Source: an uncultured Cryomorphaceae bacterium (GTDB lineage Bacteria > Bacteroidota > Bacteroidia > Flavobacteriales > UBA7430). From it: 48,090 nt of DNA. The translations under genes and the position numbers were made by a program. Below are positions 1-9,749 of the stretch, piece after piece. The notes below the pieces were generated by a model. The model did not search any database. It saw only the letters and a list, made by a program, of their open reading frames with translations, and was not told the origin of the DNA. The stretch's first letter is position 1. Each line of letters opens with the position of its first letter. The stretch lies in assembly GCA_902551855.1 (NCBI GenBank), contig CACDER010000003.1:1-48090 (forward strand), given 5' to 3'.

Positions 1-1833
1 ATTTGGGTTTATTAAAAAATTTATAAAATTTATGCAAAACTTTACTTCTATGTTATTAGAAATGTTTAACCCCTCACTTGAAATTACAGGAATATTATTA
101 TCGATCAAAAAGTCGGATATTATATAACTTTCTTTTTTTGTTCTTGTAAGAATACATATGTCACCATAGTTAAAATTATCATTCATTAGCTCGGTGACAA
201 TTTCCTTCAATTTAGTTAATTCATAACTATCTTCTAACTCTTTCGAAACTTTATTTAAAGAAAAAAAACCTAATTTTTTTTTAATAGGTTTTGTTTTCAG
301 TTTGTTATATATATTTTTATAATTCTCTTTTCCTAGTTGATTAGAAATAAAAGAAAAAAAATTATTATTAAAGTTTACTAATTCCTTATTTGAACGATAG
401 TTATAATTTAGCTTTTTTTCCAATATAGAAAAAGTTTTTTTTAGTTTCAAATTATAAAATAAGCTCAAAAATTGTTCAACATTCCCTCCGCGCCATCTAT
501 AAATTGCTTGTTTTGGGTCCCCAACAACCAATGCAGTGGGTCGGATATCGTGAACCTCGGATAAAGAGTTTTCAATAAGTGGGAGTAAGTTATTCCATTG
601 AAGCAAAGATGTGTCTTGAAATTCATCAATAAAATAATGAGAGAATTTAATTCCTGTTTTTTCATATATATAGTTTGTTGAATCTGTTTGAAGAATATTG
701 TTTATTAGTTTGTTAAATTCGTAAATAGGTAAAATATTATTATTAGTTTTTATCTCAGATAGTTTTTTTGATAATTCACTCAAAATTGAAAAATTATTTA
801 AATTAAAAAGAATATTTTTCAGTTTAATATATTTAGGATATTTTACTAAAAGATTTTTTAAATTAATTAGCTCTTCTTTTAATGATTTTTTAATTATATC
901 TATTTTATTAGCCTCATCAATGTCACATTTCTTATTTGACCAGCTGCTTGTCAACATAAGTTTATTTATTCTTTCGGAAGGTATATAGTTTTCATAGTTA
1001 TTTTCTGATAATTTTTTAAAATATTTAGGAATACCAACCTCACCTCCTATAAAGTCTTTGAATTTAACATTGAAGTTTTTACATAATTCATTAAATTTTT
1101 TCCCAATTTTATTTAATTCATAATCATAATTTTTTATGAATAATTTAACTTGCCCCTCTATTTTAATAAACTTTTCAATTTTAATTTTATTTATTTTTTC
1201 TAATTCTACTTGTCCCTCCTCAGTGAGTAAGTTTTTCCCCAATTCATAGATATCTTTTTCTATTCTCCAACTTTTTTCCGCATTCATTTTTGCTTTAGCA
1301 AATTTTGTTAATAAATTTTTAAGTTCATAATTATAAACTACTGATTCAATTACCTTATTTACAGCATCTTCTAATATTTTATCTTCATCAACACTCACCT
1401 CAAAATTTGAATTTAACCCTATATCAACAGAGAAACTTCTGATTATTTTGTGCATAAAATGATCAATTGTAAAGACTGACATTAATGAATAATTATTAAT
1501 TATACAATCTAAAATAGAATCTGCCTTTCTTCTTGCCACAACTTTACTAATTTTGATCCCATCTAAAAATTCATCTATAAATTGTATGTTGTAATCTTTT
1601 GTTGATATTTTTTTTAAAAAAAACATTATTCTCTCCTTCATTTCATTTGCAGCTTTATTGGTGAATGATAAACAAAGAATAGAAGCAAAAGCCATGTTTG
1701 ATGGAGATCTAAGACAGATACGTATATATTCTTTTGCTATTGAATGGGTTTTACCAGATCCAGCAGAAGAATTATAAATTAGAAAAGATGGAGAAAATGT
1801 TTTTTCAGCGTATTTATGTTGTTTTTTGTTCAA
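1..1833 (-). CDS. UvrD/AddA-type ATP-dependent helicase (N-terminal 611 codons; runs off the left edge of the window)
   Basis: Absent from the ORF track because no stop lies in the window. Manual translation from TTG at 1833 gives Walker A 'IYNSSAGSGKT', 'SFTNKAANEMKERI', 'FTIDHF', Walker B 'FIDEFQDTS..QW', 'VGDPKQAIYRWRGG' and 'NYRS'. An in-frame TAA lies 5 codons upstream of the TTG. Confidence 0.93.
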   Translation of the reverse strand, partial: MNKKQHKYAEKTFSPSFLIYNSSAGSGKTHSIAKEYIRICLRSPSNMAFASILCLSFTNKAANEMKERIMFFLKKISTKDYNIQFIDEFLDGIKISKVVARRKADSILDCIINNYSLMSVFTIDHFMHKIIRSFSVDIGLNSNFEVSVDEDKILEDAVNKVIESVVYNYELKNLLTKFAKAKMNAEKSWRIEKDIYELGKNLLTEEGQVELEKINKIKIEKFIKIEGQVKLFIKNYDYELNKIGKKFNELCKNFNVKFKDFIGGEVGIPKYFKKLSENNYENYIPSERINKLMLTSSWSNKKCDIDEANKIDIIKKSLKEELINLKNLLVKYPKYIKLKNILFNLNNFSILSELSKKLSEIKTNNNILPIYEFNKLINNILQTDSTNYIYEKTGIKFSHYFIDEFQDTSLLQWNNLLPLIENSLSEVHDIRPTALVVGDPKQAIYRWRGGNVEQFLSLFYNLKLKKTFSILEKKLNYNYRSNKELVNFNNNFFSFISNQLGKENYKNIYNKLKTKPIKKKLGFFSLNKVSKELEDSYELTKLKEIVTELMNDNFNYGDICILTRTKKESYIISDFLIDNNIPVISSEGLNISNNIEVKFCINFINFLINPN

Positions 1834-1841
1834 TAATTTTG
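1834..1841 (+). promoter_or_regulatory. Bacteroidota -7 promoter box (TAATTTTG) for the small ORF at 1858
   Basis: Matches TAnnTTTG, 16 nt upstream of the ATG at 1858. No clean -33 TTTG seen. Confidence 0.5.
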
Positions 1842-1857
1842 TATATTAATTTAAAAA

Positions 1858-2007
1858 ATGGTTGACATAATTAATTCTATTTTAAATAAAGCTAAAAAAA
1901 ACAAAAAGATATTTAAAGTTCCAGTAATTATTAGATATTTAAAAATTAAATACAACCTGGTTATTTCTAGGAAAAGTTTACTAAAAAGAATTAAAACTTT
2001 AAATTAA
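1858..2007 (+). CDS. Small basic hypothetical protein, 49 aa (MVDIINSILNKAKKNKKIFKVPVIIRYLKIKYNLVISRKSLLKRIKTLN)
   Basis: ATG-to-TAA ORF that almost exactly fills the gap between the helicase start and tRNA-Cys. It has an A-rich leader and an upstream -7 box, and is shorter than any ORF in the track (shortest 60 aa). Confidence 0.6.
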   Translation: MVDIINSILNKAKKNKKIFKVPVIIRYLKIKYNLVISRKSLLKRIKTLN

Positions 2008-2012
2008 CTTAG

Positions 2013-2083
2013 AGGTCGGAACCAGATTCGAACTGGTGTAGACGGTTTTGCAGACCGCTGCCTAGCCACTCGGCCATCCGACC
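2013..2083 (-). tRNA. tRNA-Cys (GCA)
   Basis: Reverse complement GGTCGGATGGCCGAGTGGCTAGGCAGCGGTCTGCAAAACCGTCTACACCAGTTCGAATCTGGTTCCGACCT folds as a cloverleaf with anticodon loop CTGCAAA, T-loop TTCGAAT and discriminator U. CCA is not encoded. Confidence 0.97.
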
Positions 2084-2093
2084 ATTAATAAAA

Positions 2094-2124
2094 CAAATTT
2101 AGTGATTTCATAATTTTTGTCAAA
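2094..2124 (-). promoter_or_regulatory. Bacteroidota housekeeping promoter of tRNA-Cys
   Basis: TTTG (2124-2121), 19 nt spacer, TAAATTTG (2101-2094). This is a full -33/-7 consensus, 10 nt upstream of the tRNA 5' end. Confidence 0.8.
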
Positions 2125-2502
2125 CTAAAATCTAATTATATTATTTTTATCAGATTTCATTTGTATTGTAACATTTTTTACATTACCATTTATTGGTGGT
2201 GATGTTTTTTTGATTTCAACTAAAACAGAAATTAAATTTTCAAATTCATTATTAATTTTTTTAATTATGTTACCGCAGACAGTTTCAATTAGCTTAGATC
2301 TTTTATCAATTTCTTTTTTTACGATACTATTCACTTTTACATAATCAACAGTATCTTCTAGTTTATCACTTAATATTGAATTTAATAGGTTCAATTCAAG
2401 TTCGATATTAATTATGTACTCTGTTCCAATTACACTTTCTTCTGCCATACAACCGTGATATCCATAGCATTTTATCTCCTCAAGTTTAATTTTGCCTATC
2501 AT
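2125..2502 (-). CDS. folB: Dihydroneopterin aldolase
   Basis: 'YGYHG..EE..IG', 'SDKLEDTVDY', 'LIET', 'K..PPI' motifs; 125 aa; 2 nt after gltX. Confidence 0.93.
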   Translation of the reverse strand: MIGKIKLEEIKCYGYHGCMAEESVIGTEYIINIELELNLLNSILSDKLEDTVDYVKVNSIVKKEIDKRSKLIETVCGNIIKKINNEFENLISVLVEIKKTSPPINGNVKNVTIQMKSDKNNIIRF

Positions 2503-2504
2503 AA

Positions 2505-4016
2505 TTAAAGATTGTTTAATGCAAATTTAATTCTACTAATTACTTCTTTTTTTCCTAACAAAAAAAATATTTCGTTCAAAGGTGGGCCAAATTTTATTCC
2601 TGACACTATTACTCTCAAAATTGGCATTATTTCTCCAAAATTTAGATTTTTTTTGTTCAGAAAATCATTAAAACATTTAGAGATATTATTTGCGGAAAAA
2701 ACTTCAATATTAGTTATTTCGAATAAAATTTCTTTAATTAAAAATTTATTGTCATCATTCCATTTTTTTTTAATCAACTTTTCATCATAAATCTTAGGTT
2801 TGCTAAAAAAATATTTTCCTTCAACTTCAACTTCATTAACAAATTTAGCCCTTTCTTTGATCAAATTTGCAACTGATACTAAGTATTCTCTGCTGAAGCT
2901 TTTTAATAAACTTGAATCAAAGTTTTCAATTATTTCTTCTCCACTCATTTTTTTTAAATGTTGTTCATTGAACCAGACTGTTTTTTTGAAATCAAATTTA
3001 GCCCCTGACTTATTTACTTTTTTAAGAGAAAAATTTTCAATAAGCTCATTCATGTTAAAAATTTCATTTTCATTTCCAGGGTTCCAACCTAATAATGCTA
3101 GCATATTATTGAAGGCGTCAGGGGAGAACCCAAACTCTTTATAGCCTATGAAGCTTTTGTCATTTTGATCCCAGCTAATTGGGAAGACAGGGAACCCATA
3201 TTTAGCACCGTCTCTTTTTGATAGTTTCCCTTTACCATCTGGCTTTAAGATAAGAGGTAAGTGCGCAAAAGTAGGCGTCTTATTCTCCCAACCTAGATAT
3301 TGATAAAGTAGAATATGAAGCGGAGCTGAAGGCAACCACTCTTCACCACGAATGACATGAGATATTTTCATCAAGTAGTCATCAACTACATTTGCTAAGT
3401 GATAAGTAGGCATTCCATCAGATTTATATAATACTTTATCATCAAGATTATTTGAATTAACAGATACCCAGCCTCTTATTTCGTCTTTAAATTTTATTTC
3501 TTGATTTCTTGGAATTAGAATTCTAATTACATACTTATCTCCTCGTCGTAATCTTTCTTCAACTTCTTTCTTGGAAAGAGTTAAAGAGTTTTTCATTCTA
3601 GACCTCGATATACTATTATACTGAGGCGCCGCTTTACCTTCTTTTTTTAAATTTGACCTCATAGTGTTTAATTCCTCATTAGAATCAAATGCATAATATG
3701 CTTTATTATTTTTGATTAAATCAAAAACATACTTTTTATAAACATCCTTTCGCTCAGATTGTTTATAAGGGCCAAATTCACCTCCAACAGAAACTCCTTC
3801 ATCAACTTGAATTTTACACCATTTTAATGAGTCGATAATGTATTTCTCCGCACCATTTATTAATCTATTTTGGTCAGTATCTTCAATTCTCAATAAGAAT
3901 TTTCCATTGTTTTTTCTTGCAAATAAGTAGTTATATAGAGCAGTTCTAACGCCACCAATATGGAGAGGACCTGTTGGGCTTGGTGCAAACCTAACTCTAA
4001 CCTCATTTTTTGACAT
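2505..4016 (-). CDS. gltX: Glutamate--tRNA ligase
   Basis: 'RVRFAPSPTGPLHIGG' (HIGH), 'LRIEDTD', 'HVIRGEEW', 'KLSKR' (KMSKS). Confidence 0.98.
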   Translation of the reverse strand: MSKNEVRVRFAPSPTGPLHIGGVRTALYNYLFARKNNGKFLLRIEDTDQNRLINGAEKYIIDSLKWCKIQVDEGVSVGGEFGPYKQSERKDVYKKYVFDLIKNNKAYYAFDSNEELNTMRSNLKKEGKAAPQYNSISRSRMKNSLTLSKKEVEERLRRGDKYVIRILIPRNQEIKFKDEIRGWVSVNSNNLDDKVLYKSDGMPTYHLANVVDDYLMKISHVIRGEEWLPSAPLHILLYQYLGWENKTPTFAHLPLILKPDGKGKLSKRDGAKYGFPVFPISWDQNDKSFIGYKEFGFSPDAFNNMLALLGWNPGNENEIFNMNELIENFSLKKVNKSGAKFDFKKTVWFNEQHLKKMSGEEIIENFDSSLLKSFSREYLVSVANLIKERAKFVNEVEVEGKYFFSKPKIYDEKLIKKKWNDDNKFLIKEILFEITNIEVFSANNISKCFNDFLNKKNLNFGEIMPILRVIVSGIKFGPPLNEIFFLLGKKEVISRIKFALNNL

Positions 4017-4044
4017 AGTTTATTATATTAAAGTAAATTCATTG

Positions 4045-4052
4045 TATTTTTG
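4045..4052 (+). promoter_or_regulatory. Candidate -7 box (TATTTTTG) for DUF4175-ybeY-mnmG
   Basis: TAnnTTTG match in the divergent gltX/DUF4175 spacer, 90 nt upstream of the ATG. Confidence 0.45.
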
Positions 4053-4142
4053 TGCTAATTTAGTTTATTAATAGTTTTAAATTAAATTATATTTTATTTT
4101 TATTGGATGAATGACGAAATATTAATTTTCTAATTTTTTTTT

Positions 4143-7100
4143 ATGTTGAGTTCTTACGAAAGTTTAATTTCTAAACTATCTAATTTCATTACTAAATATT
4201 ATCAAAATTTAATTTTAAAGGGAGTAATTTTGAGCGTAATATTAATTACATCCTCTTTAATTATTTTTCCTTTATTAGAATCTGCTTTTTGGTTCGATCA
4301 GATCTATAGGTACATATTATTTTACACGATTTTGATTTTATTTCTTCTAATTTTATTTTTTTTGATAATAATACCACTATTGAAAATATTTAATATTGGT
4401 AAAAGGTTATCCGAGGAAGAAGCGTCCAGAATAATCGGTTCGCATTTTTCAGAAATATCTGATAAACTATTAAATGTAATTCAACTAAATAATCAAAAGA
4501 GTGATAATTTAGAATTAATTAAAGCTTGTATCGAACAAAAAACAGTAGAGTTAAAAAAATTCAAATTTAACAATGCCATTAGTTTTAGCGAACATAAATA
4601 TCTTTTAAAGTATCTAGCTATACCTTTTTTTATTTTTTTTATTTTCTTTGCTTCTGGGAGGCAAGAACTCATTACAGAAAGTGCATACAGGATTATAGAT
4701 TATGAAACTAAATATATTAAGCCTTTGCCTTTTTCACTTGAAATTATAAATGACTCTTTGACAGCTATTCAAAATTCTAGTTTCAATTTACAAGTTAAAT
4801 TTAATGGAGAAAAATTTCCAGATGAACTTTTTATCAATTTTAATAATAATAATGTTAAAATGTTAAAAAAAAATACTAATTTATTTAATTACAACTTTAT
4901 TAATATTCAAAAAGATATCAATTTTAATTTACATTCAAATGATTATTATTCAGATAATTACAGTATAATAGTTATACCTGAGCCTCAGTTATTAAATTTT
5001 AATCTTTTCTTAAGTTTTCCAAATTATATAAACAAAAAAAATATAACTCTAAAAAATATAGGATCAACCAGCATTCCTTATGGAACTGAATTAAAATGGG
5101 ATGTGACTTCACAAAATAGCGATAAAATACATGTTTTAATAGATAAAAAAAATCACGACTTTAATCAAATAGAATCAAACGTATTTTCCTTTAAATTTAA
5201 TCCTAAAAATTCATTTAACTATTCAATAATACCTTCAAATAAAGCTATAATCCAGTCTAATAACATTAATTATGAAATCGAAGTAGTTTCTGACAAATAT
5301 CCTGAGGTCGAACTGGAGCAATTTATTGACTCCACAAACTCTAATAAAATTTTTTTTAATGGATTTATTAAAGATGATTATGGATTTTCAAAATTTGAGT
5401 ACTTTATCAAAGATTTAGCTGGAAATTGGGATAGTACAATACAAATTGATATTAAAAAAGATATTAAATATGAGAATTTTTACCTTCTCTTTGAATTACC
5501 GGATTTAAAAAATTTCAAAAACCCTGTTTTCCAATATTATTTTAATCTTTATGACAATGATATGTTAAATGGATATAAATTATCTAGAAGTAAAACTTTT
5601 CAGATAGATAATGTCAGTAATCAAAAAATTAAAAGTTCAATAAAGAAGACTTCAGAAAATATTTTAAATAAGCTTGATGAAACACTTGAATTAACTTCAC
5701 AATTAAAAAACGATTATAATAAGTTAATGATTAATATGTTGAATAATAAAAATCTGTCATGGAATGATAAACAAGAGGCTCAAAATGTGTTTGAGAAACA
5801 AAAAAAAATAACAGAAAATTTGTCAAAAATTTCAGAATTAAATAAAACAAATAATTCAAAAATAAATAATACAAATGCATACGATAAGAATATAAGGGAA
5901 AAACTCTCTCAAGTTCAAAGTTTGTTAGATAAAATTTTAACTGAAGAAATGATTAAAATGATGGATGAAATTAAAAAAATGATGGAAAATTTGGACAAAA
6001 AAAAATTATTAAATAAAATAGACCAAATACAGTACACTAATGAAGAATTAGAAAAAGAATTAAATAGAAATATAGAAATATTAAAAAAATTTGAATTGAG
6101 AAAGTCAATTGAAGACGCAGTAGAAAAATTAGTAAATATGATGTCAAAACAAAACGAATCTTTAATAAATGATTCAATTAATAAGAAAGACTTTGAGAAA
6201 ATTTTACAAAAACAATCAAGTTTATTAAATGATAAATATAATTTTAACAAAAATTTTAATGATTTATTGAAAATAAACTCAGAATTAAAAAATAAGGAAG
6301 ATTTCAATAAAATAGAGGAGACCAATCAAAAATTAGACACGTTATTTAATCAAAGCAAAAATTATTCAAAAACTACAAATAAGAAAAAATTATTAAAATC
6401 TCAAAATCAAACTTTGAAAAATCTTAATGAAATTATTAATAGTCTAAAGAAAATTAGTAGTGATTTAAATACTGAGTCTAACTATGAGGACATGACCCTT
6501 CTAAGGCAGATATTGGATAATCTTATCAAATTTTCATTTACAGAAGAAGAATTAATCTATGAGTTTAACCAAATTGATAAAGATGACCCCAAATACGTAG
6601 ATTTAATTCATAAGCAAAACAAAATAAGAGAAGACTCTAAAATTATCCAGGACTCTCTGTATGCTTTAAGTTTAAGGCAACCCCAAATTGAATCTGAAGT
6701 TAATAGGCAAATAAGTAAAATTAATAGAAATCTAAATTTAACTTTGGGATTTTTATCTGAGAGACAGACTAATCAAGCAACTTCAAAACAACAGCTTGTT
6801 ATGACATCAGCTAATAACTTAGCAGTTATGTTAAGTGACATTCTAGAATCTATGCAAAAAGATATTGCTAAAAAAACACCTGGAGATCAACAATGTGATA
6901 AGCCAGGTAGGGGTAATCCGTCTATGTCTGATATGAAAAAGCTACAAAAAGAGTTAATGAAAAAGCTACAATCTTATAAAGATTTGAACAAAAACAAGCC
7001 AAATAATAAAGGTTTATCTGAAATGTTATCAAAGCAGGAAATGATTAAAAAATACCTAAAGGAAATGGCTGAAAAATCAAGCAATAATAACGATGATTTT

Positions 7101-7430
7101 CATGATAATATAAGAGATTTAATTGACAATATGGAAAAAACAGAACAAGAGATATCAAATAATGATATATCTAATACTACTATTAGTAGACAAAATAAAA
7201 TAATGCAAAAATTATTAGATGCCGAAAATTCACTAAATCAGAGAGGTGAAGATAAAATTAGAGAGTCAAATGAGGCCAATCAAATTCCCCAGGAAATTGA
7301 AGATTTAATAATAAAAAAGAAATTGGAAAAGTTAAATCAAGGTGAGTTGCTTGAATCTATTCCTTTGGAACTCAATCCATATTTTAAATTAAAAGCAAAA
7401 GAATATTTTAAAAAAATCAAGCTCAATTAA
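4143..7430 (+). CDS. DUF4175-like large membrane-anchored protein (N-terminal TMs, beta-rich middle, long coiled-coil C-terminus)
   Basis: Three N-terminal hydrophobic helices, 'HFSEISDKLLNVIQL', 'D.YP' and 'DDYGFSK' segments, helical C-terminal half. The position between gltX and ybeY matches the arrangement I recall in Bacteroidota. Confidence 0.75.
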   Translation: MLSSYESLISKLSNFITKYYQNLILKGVILSVILITSSLIIFPLLESAFWFDQIYRYILFYTILILFLLILFFLIIIPLLKIFNIGKRLSEEEASRIIGSHFSEISDKLLNVIQLNNQKSDNLELIKACIEQKTVELKKFKFNNAISFSEHKYLLKYLAIPFFIFFIFFASGRQELITESAYRIIDYETKYIKPLPFSLEIINDSLTAIQNSSFNLQVKFNGEKFPDELFINFNNNNVKMLKKNTNLFNYNFINIQKDINFNLHSNDYYSDNYSIIVIPEPQLLNFNLFLSFPNYINKKNITLKNIGSTSIPYGTELKWDVTSQNSDKIHVLIDKKNHDFNQIESNVFSFKFNPKNSFNYSIIPSNKAIIQSNNINYEIEVVSDKYPEVELEQFIDSTNSNKIFFNGFIKDDYGFSKFEYFIKDLAGNWDSTIQIDIKKDIKYENFYLLFELPDLKNFKNPVFQYYFNLYDNDMLNGYKLSRSKTFQIDNVSNQKIKSSIKKTSENILNKLDETLELTSQLKNDYNKLMINMLNNKNLSWNDKQEAQNVFEKQKKITENLSKISELNKTNNSKINNTNAYDKNIREKLSQVQSLLDKILTEEMIKMMDEIKKMMENLDKKKLLNKIDQIQYTNEELEKELNRNIEILKKFELRKSIEDAVEKLVNMMSKQNESLINDSINKKDFEKILQKQSSLLNDKYNFNKNFNDLLKINSELKNKEDFNKIEETNQKLDTLFNQSKNYSKTTNKKKLLKSQNQTLKNLNEIINSLKKISSDLNTESNYEDMTLLRQILDNLIKFSFTEEELIYEFNQIDKDDPKYVDLIHKQNKIREDSKIIQDSLYALSLRQPQIESEVNRQISKINRNLNLTLGFLSERQTNQATSKQQLVMTSANNLAVMLSDILESMQKDIAKKTPGDQQCDKPGRGNPSMSDMKKLQKELMKKLQSYKDLNKNKPNNKGLSEMLSKQEMIKKYLKEMAEKSSNNNDDFHDNIRDLIDNMEKTEQEISNNDISNTTISRQNKIMQKLLDAENSLNQRGEDKIRESNEANQIPQEIEDLIIKKKLEKLNQGELLESIPLELNPYFKLKAKEYFKKIKLN

Positions 7431-7440
7431 ATATATTATC

Positions 7441-7872
7441 ATGATTAATTTTTTTATTGAAGCAAATTTCAATTTTAAAAGCAAAAAACATATAAAAAAA
7501 CTTATAGATTTCATATTGATAAAAGAAAATGTAAAAATAAAATATATAAACGTTATTTTTTGTGACGACAATTTTTTATTAAAAATAAATAATAAATTTC
7601 TAGATCATGATTTTTACACTGATGTTATATCATTTAATTATTCCTCTAGTCAAATTGAAGGAGAAATATATATTAGCATTAGTAGGGTTTTGGATAATTC
7701 AAGAACTTATAATACAGATGAAAATGTTGAATTGATAAGGGTGATAGTTCATGGACTGCTACATTTATGTGGCTATAATGATAAAAATTTCGAAGAAAAA
7801 AAGTCAATGAAATTAAAGGAAGATGAGTATATAAATAAATATTTTAATAATTTTGTTCCACGTGGAACCTAA
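7441..7872 (+). CDS. ybeY: rRNA maturation endoribonuclease YbeY
   Basis: '[13 protein letters not shown]', 'GEIYIS', '[10 protein letters not shown]'. Confidence 0.95.
   Translation: MINFFIEANFNFKSKKHIKKLIDFILIKENVKIKYINVIFCDDNFLLKINNKFLDHDFYTDVISFNYSSSQIEGEIYISISRVLDNSRTYNTDENVELIRVIVHGLLHLCGYNDKNFEEKKSMKLKEDEYINKYFNNFVPRGT
7854..7869. promoter_or_regulatory. parS: parS centromere-like site (ParB binding)
   Basis: TGTTCCACGTGGAACC, a 15/16 match to the palindrome TGTTCCACGTGGAACA. It is GC-rich in otherwise very AT-rich DNA. Confidence 0.9.
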
Positions 7873-7876
7873 GACT

Positions 7877-9745
7877 ATGTTAGAATTTAAATATGATTTA
7901 ATTGTTGTTGGCGCGGGGCATTCAGGCTGTGAGGCTGCAGCAGCGGCAGCAAATTTAGGTATAAAAACTCTACTTATAACCATGAATATGGATACTATTG
8001 CTCATATGTCTTGTAATCCTGCAATGGGAGGAATTGCTAAAGGGCAGATAATTAGAGAGATTGATTCTTTGGGGGGCTACTCGGGTGTTGTAACTGATGA
8101 AACAATGATTCAGTTTAAAATGTTAAACAAATCAAAAGGCCCTGCAATGTGGAGCCCAAGAGCTCAGTCAGATAGAAAGTTATTTGCATTAAAATGGAGA
8201 GAGATATTGGAATCAATAGAGAATTTGTTCTTTTGGCAAGATATGGTTGTTAAGTTAATGGTTAAAGAAAATAGAATAATTGGAGTACAAACTAGCTTAG
8301 GGGTGAAAGTATTTGCTAGTAAAGTAATTTTAACTAATGGTACATTTCTAAACGGATTAATTCATATCGGTGATAAAAATTTTGGAGGAGGACGAATGGG
8401 TGAAAGAAAATCTATTGGGATTACAGAAAATTTAAAAGAGTTAGGTTTTGAGTCAGGCAGAATGAAGACGGGAACCCCACCCAGAGTAGACGGAAGATCG
8501 CTAGATTATAACTTATTTGAGGAGCAGTTAGGCGATAATGACATATCAGGTTTTTCTTTTTTGAACTTAAAAAAAATTAAGAAACAGAAGTCATGTTTTA
8601 TTACTTACACTTCAAACGAAGTTCATGAAACTTTGAAAACAGGGTTTGACAGATCACCAATGTTTAATGGGAAATTTCAAGGAAGTGGTCCTAGGTATTG
8701 CCCATCTATTGAAGATAAAATAGTTAGATTTTCAGAAAAAAATCGTCATCAGATTTTTGTTGAGCCAGAAGGTTGGAATACCAGTGAAATCTATGTAAAT
8801 GGATTTAATACCTCCCTTCCTGAGGAGGTTCAGTATAATGCATTAAGAAAATTAAAAGGTTTCGAAAATGTTAAAATGCTTAGACCTGGCTATGCAATCG
8901 AATATGATTATTTTCCTCCTACTCAGCTAAATCATACTCTAGAAACCAAGTTGGTTAAAGGTTTATACTTGGCTGGACAAATCAATGGTACTACTGGTTA
9001 TGAGGAAGCAGCATGTCAAGGTTTCGTCGCTGGGATTAATGCCGCCTTAAGTTTGAAAAATAAACCAGAGTTTATTTTAAAACGCTCAGAAGCTTATATT
9101 GGTGTTTTAATTGATGATTTAATAACTAAAGGGACTGAAGAACCATATAGAATGTTTACTTCGAGAGCGGAGTACAGAATTTTATTGAGACAAGATAATG
9201 CAGACTTTAGATTAACAGAATTAGGAAGAGAAATAGGGCTTGTAAAAGATTATAGATATGAGGTATTTGCTAACAAAATAAATTACTTTAATAAGTTTAT
9301 TAAATTTTTAAATTACACCTCAGTTAACCCCGATTCAATAAATACAATACTGAATAAAATTAATTCAAGTCCAATTAATCAAAAAGATAAATTAAAAAAA
9401 ATAATATCTCGCCCTGAAATGGATTTTGATATGGCAAAAAAAATTAATGAAGTAAAGTCATTTATTAAGTCCAATGGATTTAACAAGGAAGCATTAGATC
9501 AAGCATTCATTCAAATAAAATATCAGGGATACATTGAAAGAGAAGAAATTAATGTGAAGAAAATTAATAGATTAGAAAATATCTCAATACCAAAAGACTT
9601 TATATACTCAAAATTATCATCATTATCATCGGAAGCCAAACAAAAGTTAAATGATATTAGACCTAAAACAATTGCTCAGGCTTCAAGGATTTCTGGTGTT
9701 TCACCATCTGATATTTCTGTATTATTAATATATATGGGGCGGTAA
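7877..9745 (+). CDS. mnmG: tRNA uridine-5-carboxymethylaminomethyl(34) synthesis enzyme MnmG (GidA)
   Basis: '[12 protein letters not shown]', 'MSCNPAMGG', 'KTGTPPR', '[11 protein letters not shown]', '[14 protein letters not shown]', '[11 protein letters not shown]'. The start is moved from TTG 7853 (whose MFHVEP is just the parS sequence) to ATG 7877. Confidence 0.98.
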   Translation: MLEFKYDLIVVGAGHSGCEAAAAAANLGIKTLLITMNMDTIAHMSCNPAMGGIAKGQIIREIDSLGGYSGVVTDETMIQFKMLNKSKGPAMWSPRAQSDRKLFALKWREILESIENLFFWQDMVVKLMVKENRIIGVQTSLGVKVFASKVILTNGTFLNGLIHIGDKNFGGGRMGERKSIGITENLKELGFESGRMKTGTPPRVDGRSLDYNLFEEQLGDNDISGFSFLNLKKIKKQKSCFITYTSNEVHETLKTGFDRSPMFNGKFQGSGPRYCPSIEDKIVRFSEKNRHQIFVEPEGWNTSEIYVNGFNTSLPEEVQYNALRKLKGFENVKMLRPGYAIEYDYFPPTQLNHTLETKLVKGLYLAGQINGTTGYEEAACQGFVAGINAALSLKNKPEFILKRSEAYIGVLIDDLITKGTEEPYRMFTSRAEYRILLRQDNADFRLTELGREIGLVKDYRYEVFANKINYFNKFIKFLNYTSVNPDSINTILNKINSSPINQKDKLKKIISRPEMDFDMAKKINEVKSFIKSNGFNKEALDQAFIQIKYQGYIEREEINVKKINRLENISIPKDFIYSKLSSLSSEAKQKLNDIRPKTIAQASRISGVSPSDISVLLIYMGR

Positions 9746-9749
9746 ATAA

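Noticed and set aside
465..665. 66-aa minus-strand ORF in the track
   Set aside because: It is an alternative frame inside the helicase gene, whose frame carries the Walker B and GDPKQ motifs here.
7750..7785. YbeY lacks the third His ([11 protein letters not shown] instead of ...GYDH)
   Set aside because: I recall Asp at this position being usual in Bacteroidota YbeY, so it is not evidence of inactivation.
7853..7876. N-terminal extension MFHVEPKT of MnmG
   Set aside because: It is the parS palindrome read from a TTG overlapping ybeY. ATG 7877 gives a normal start.
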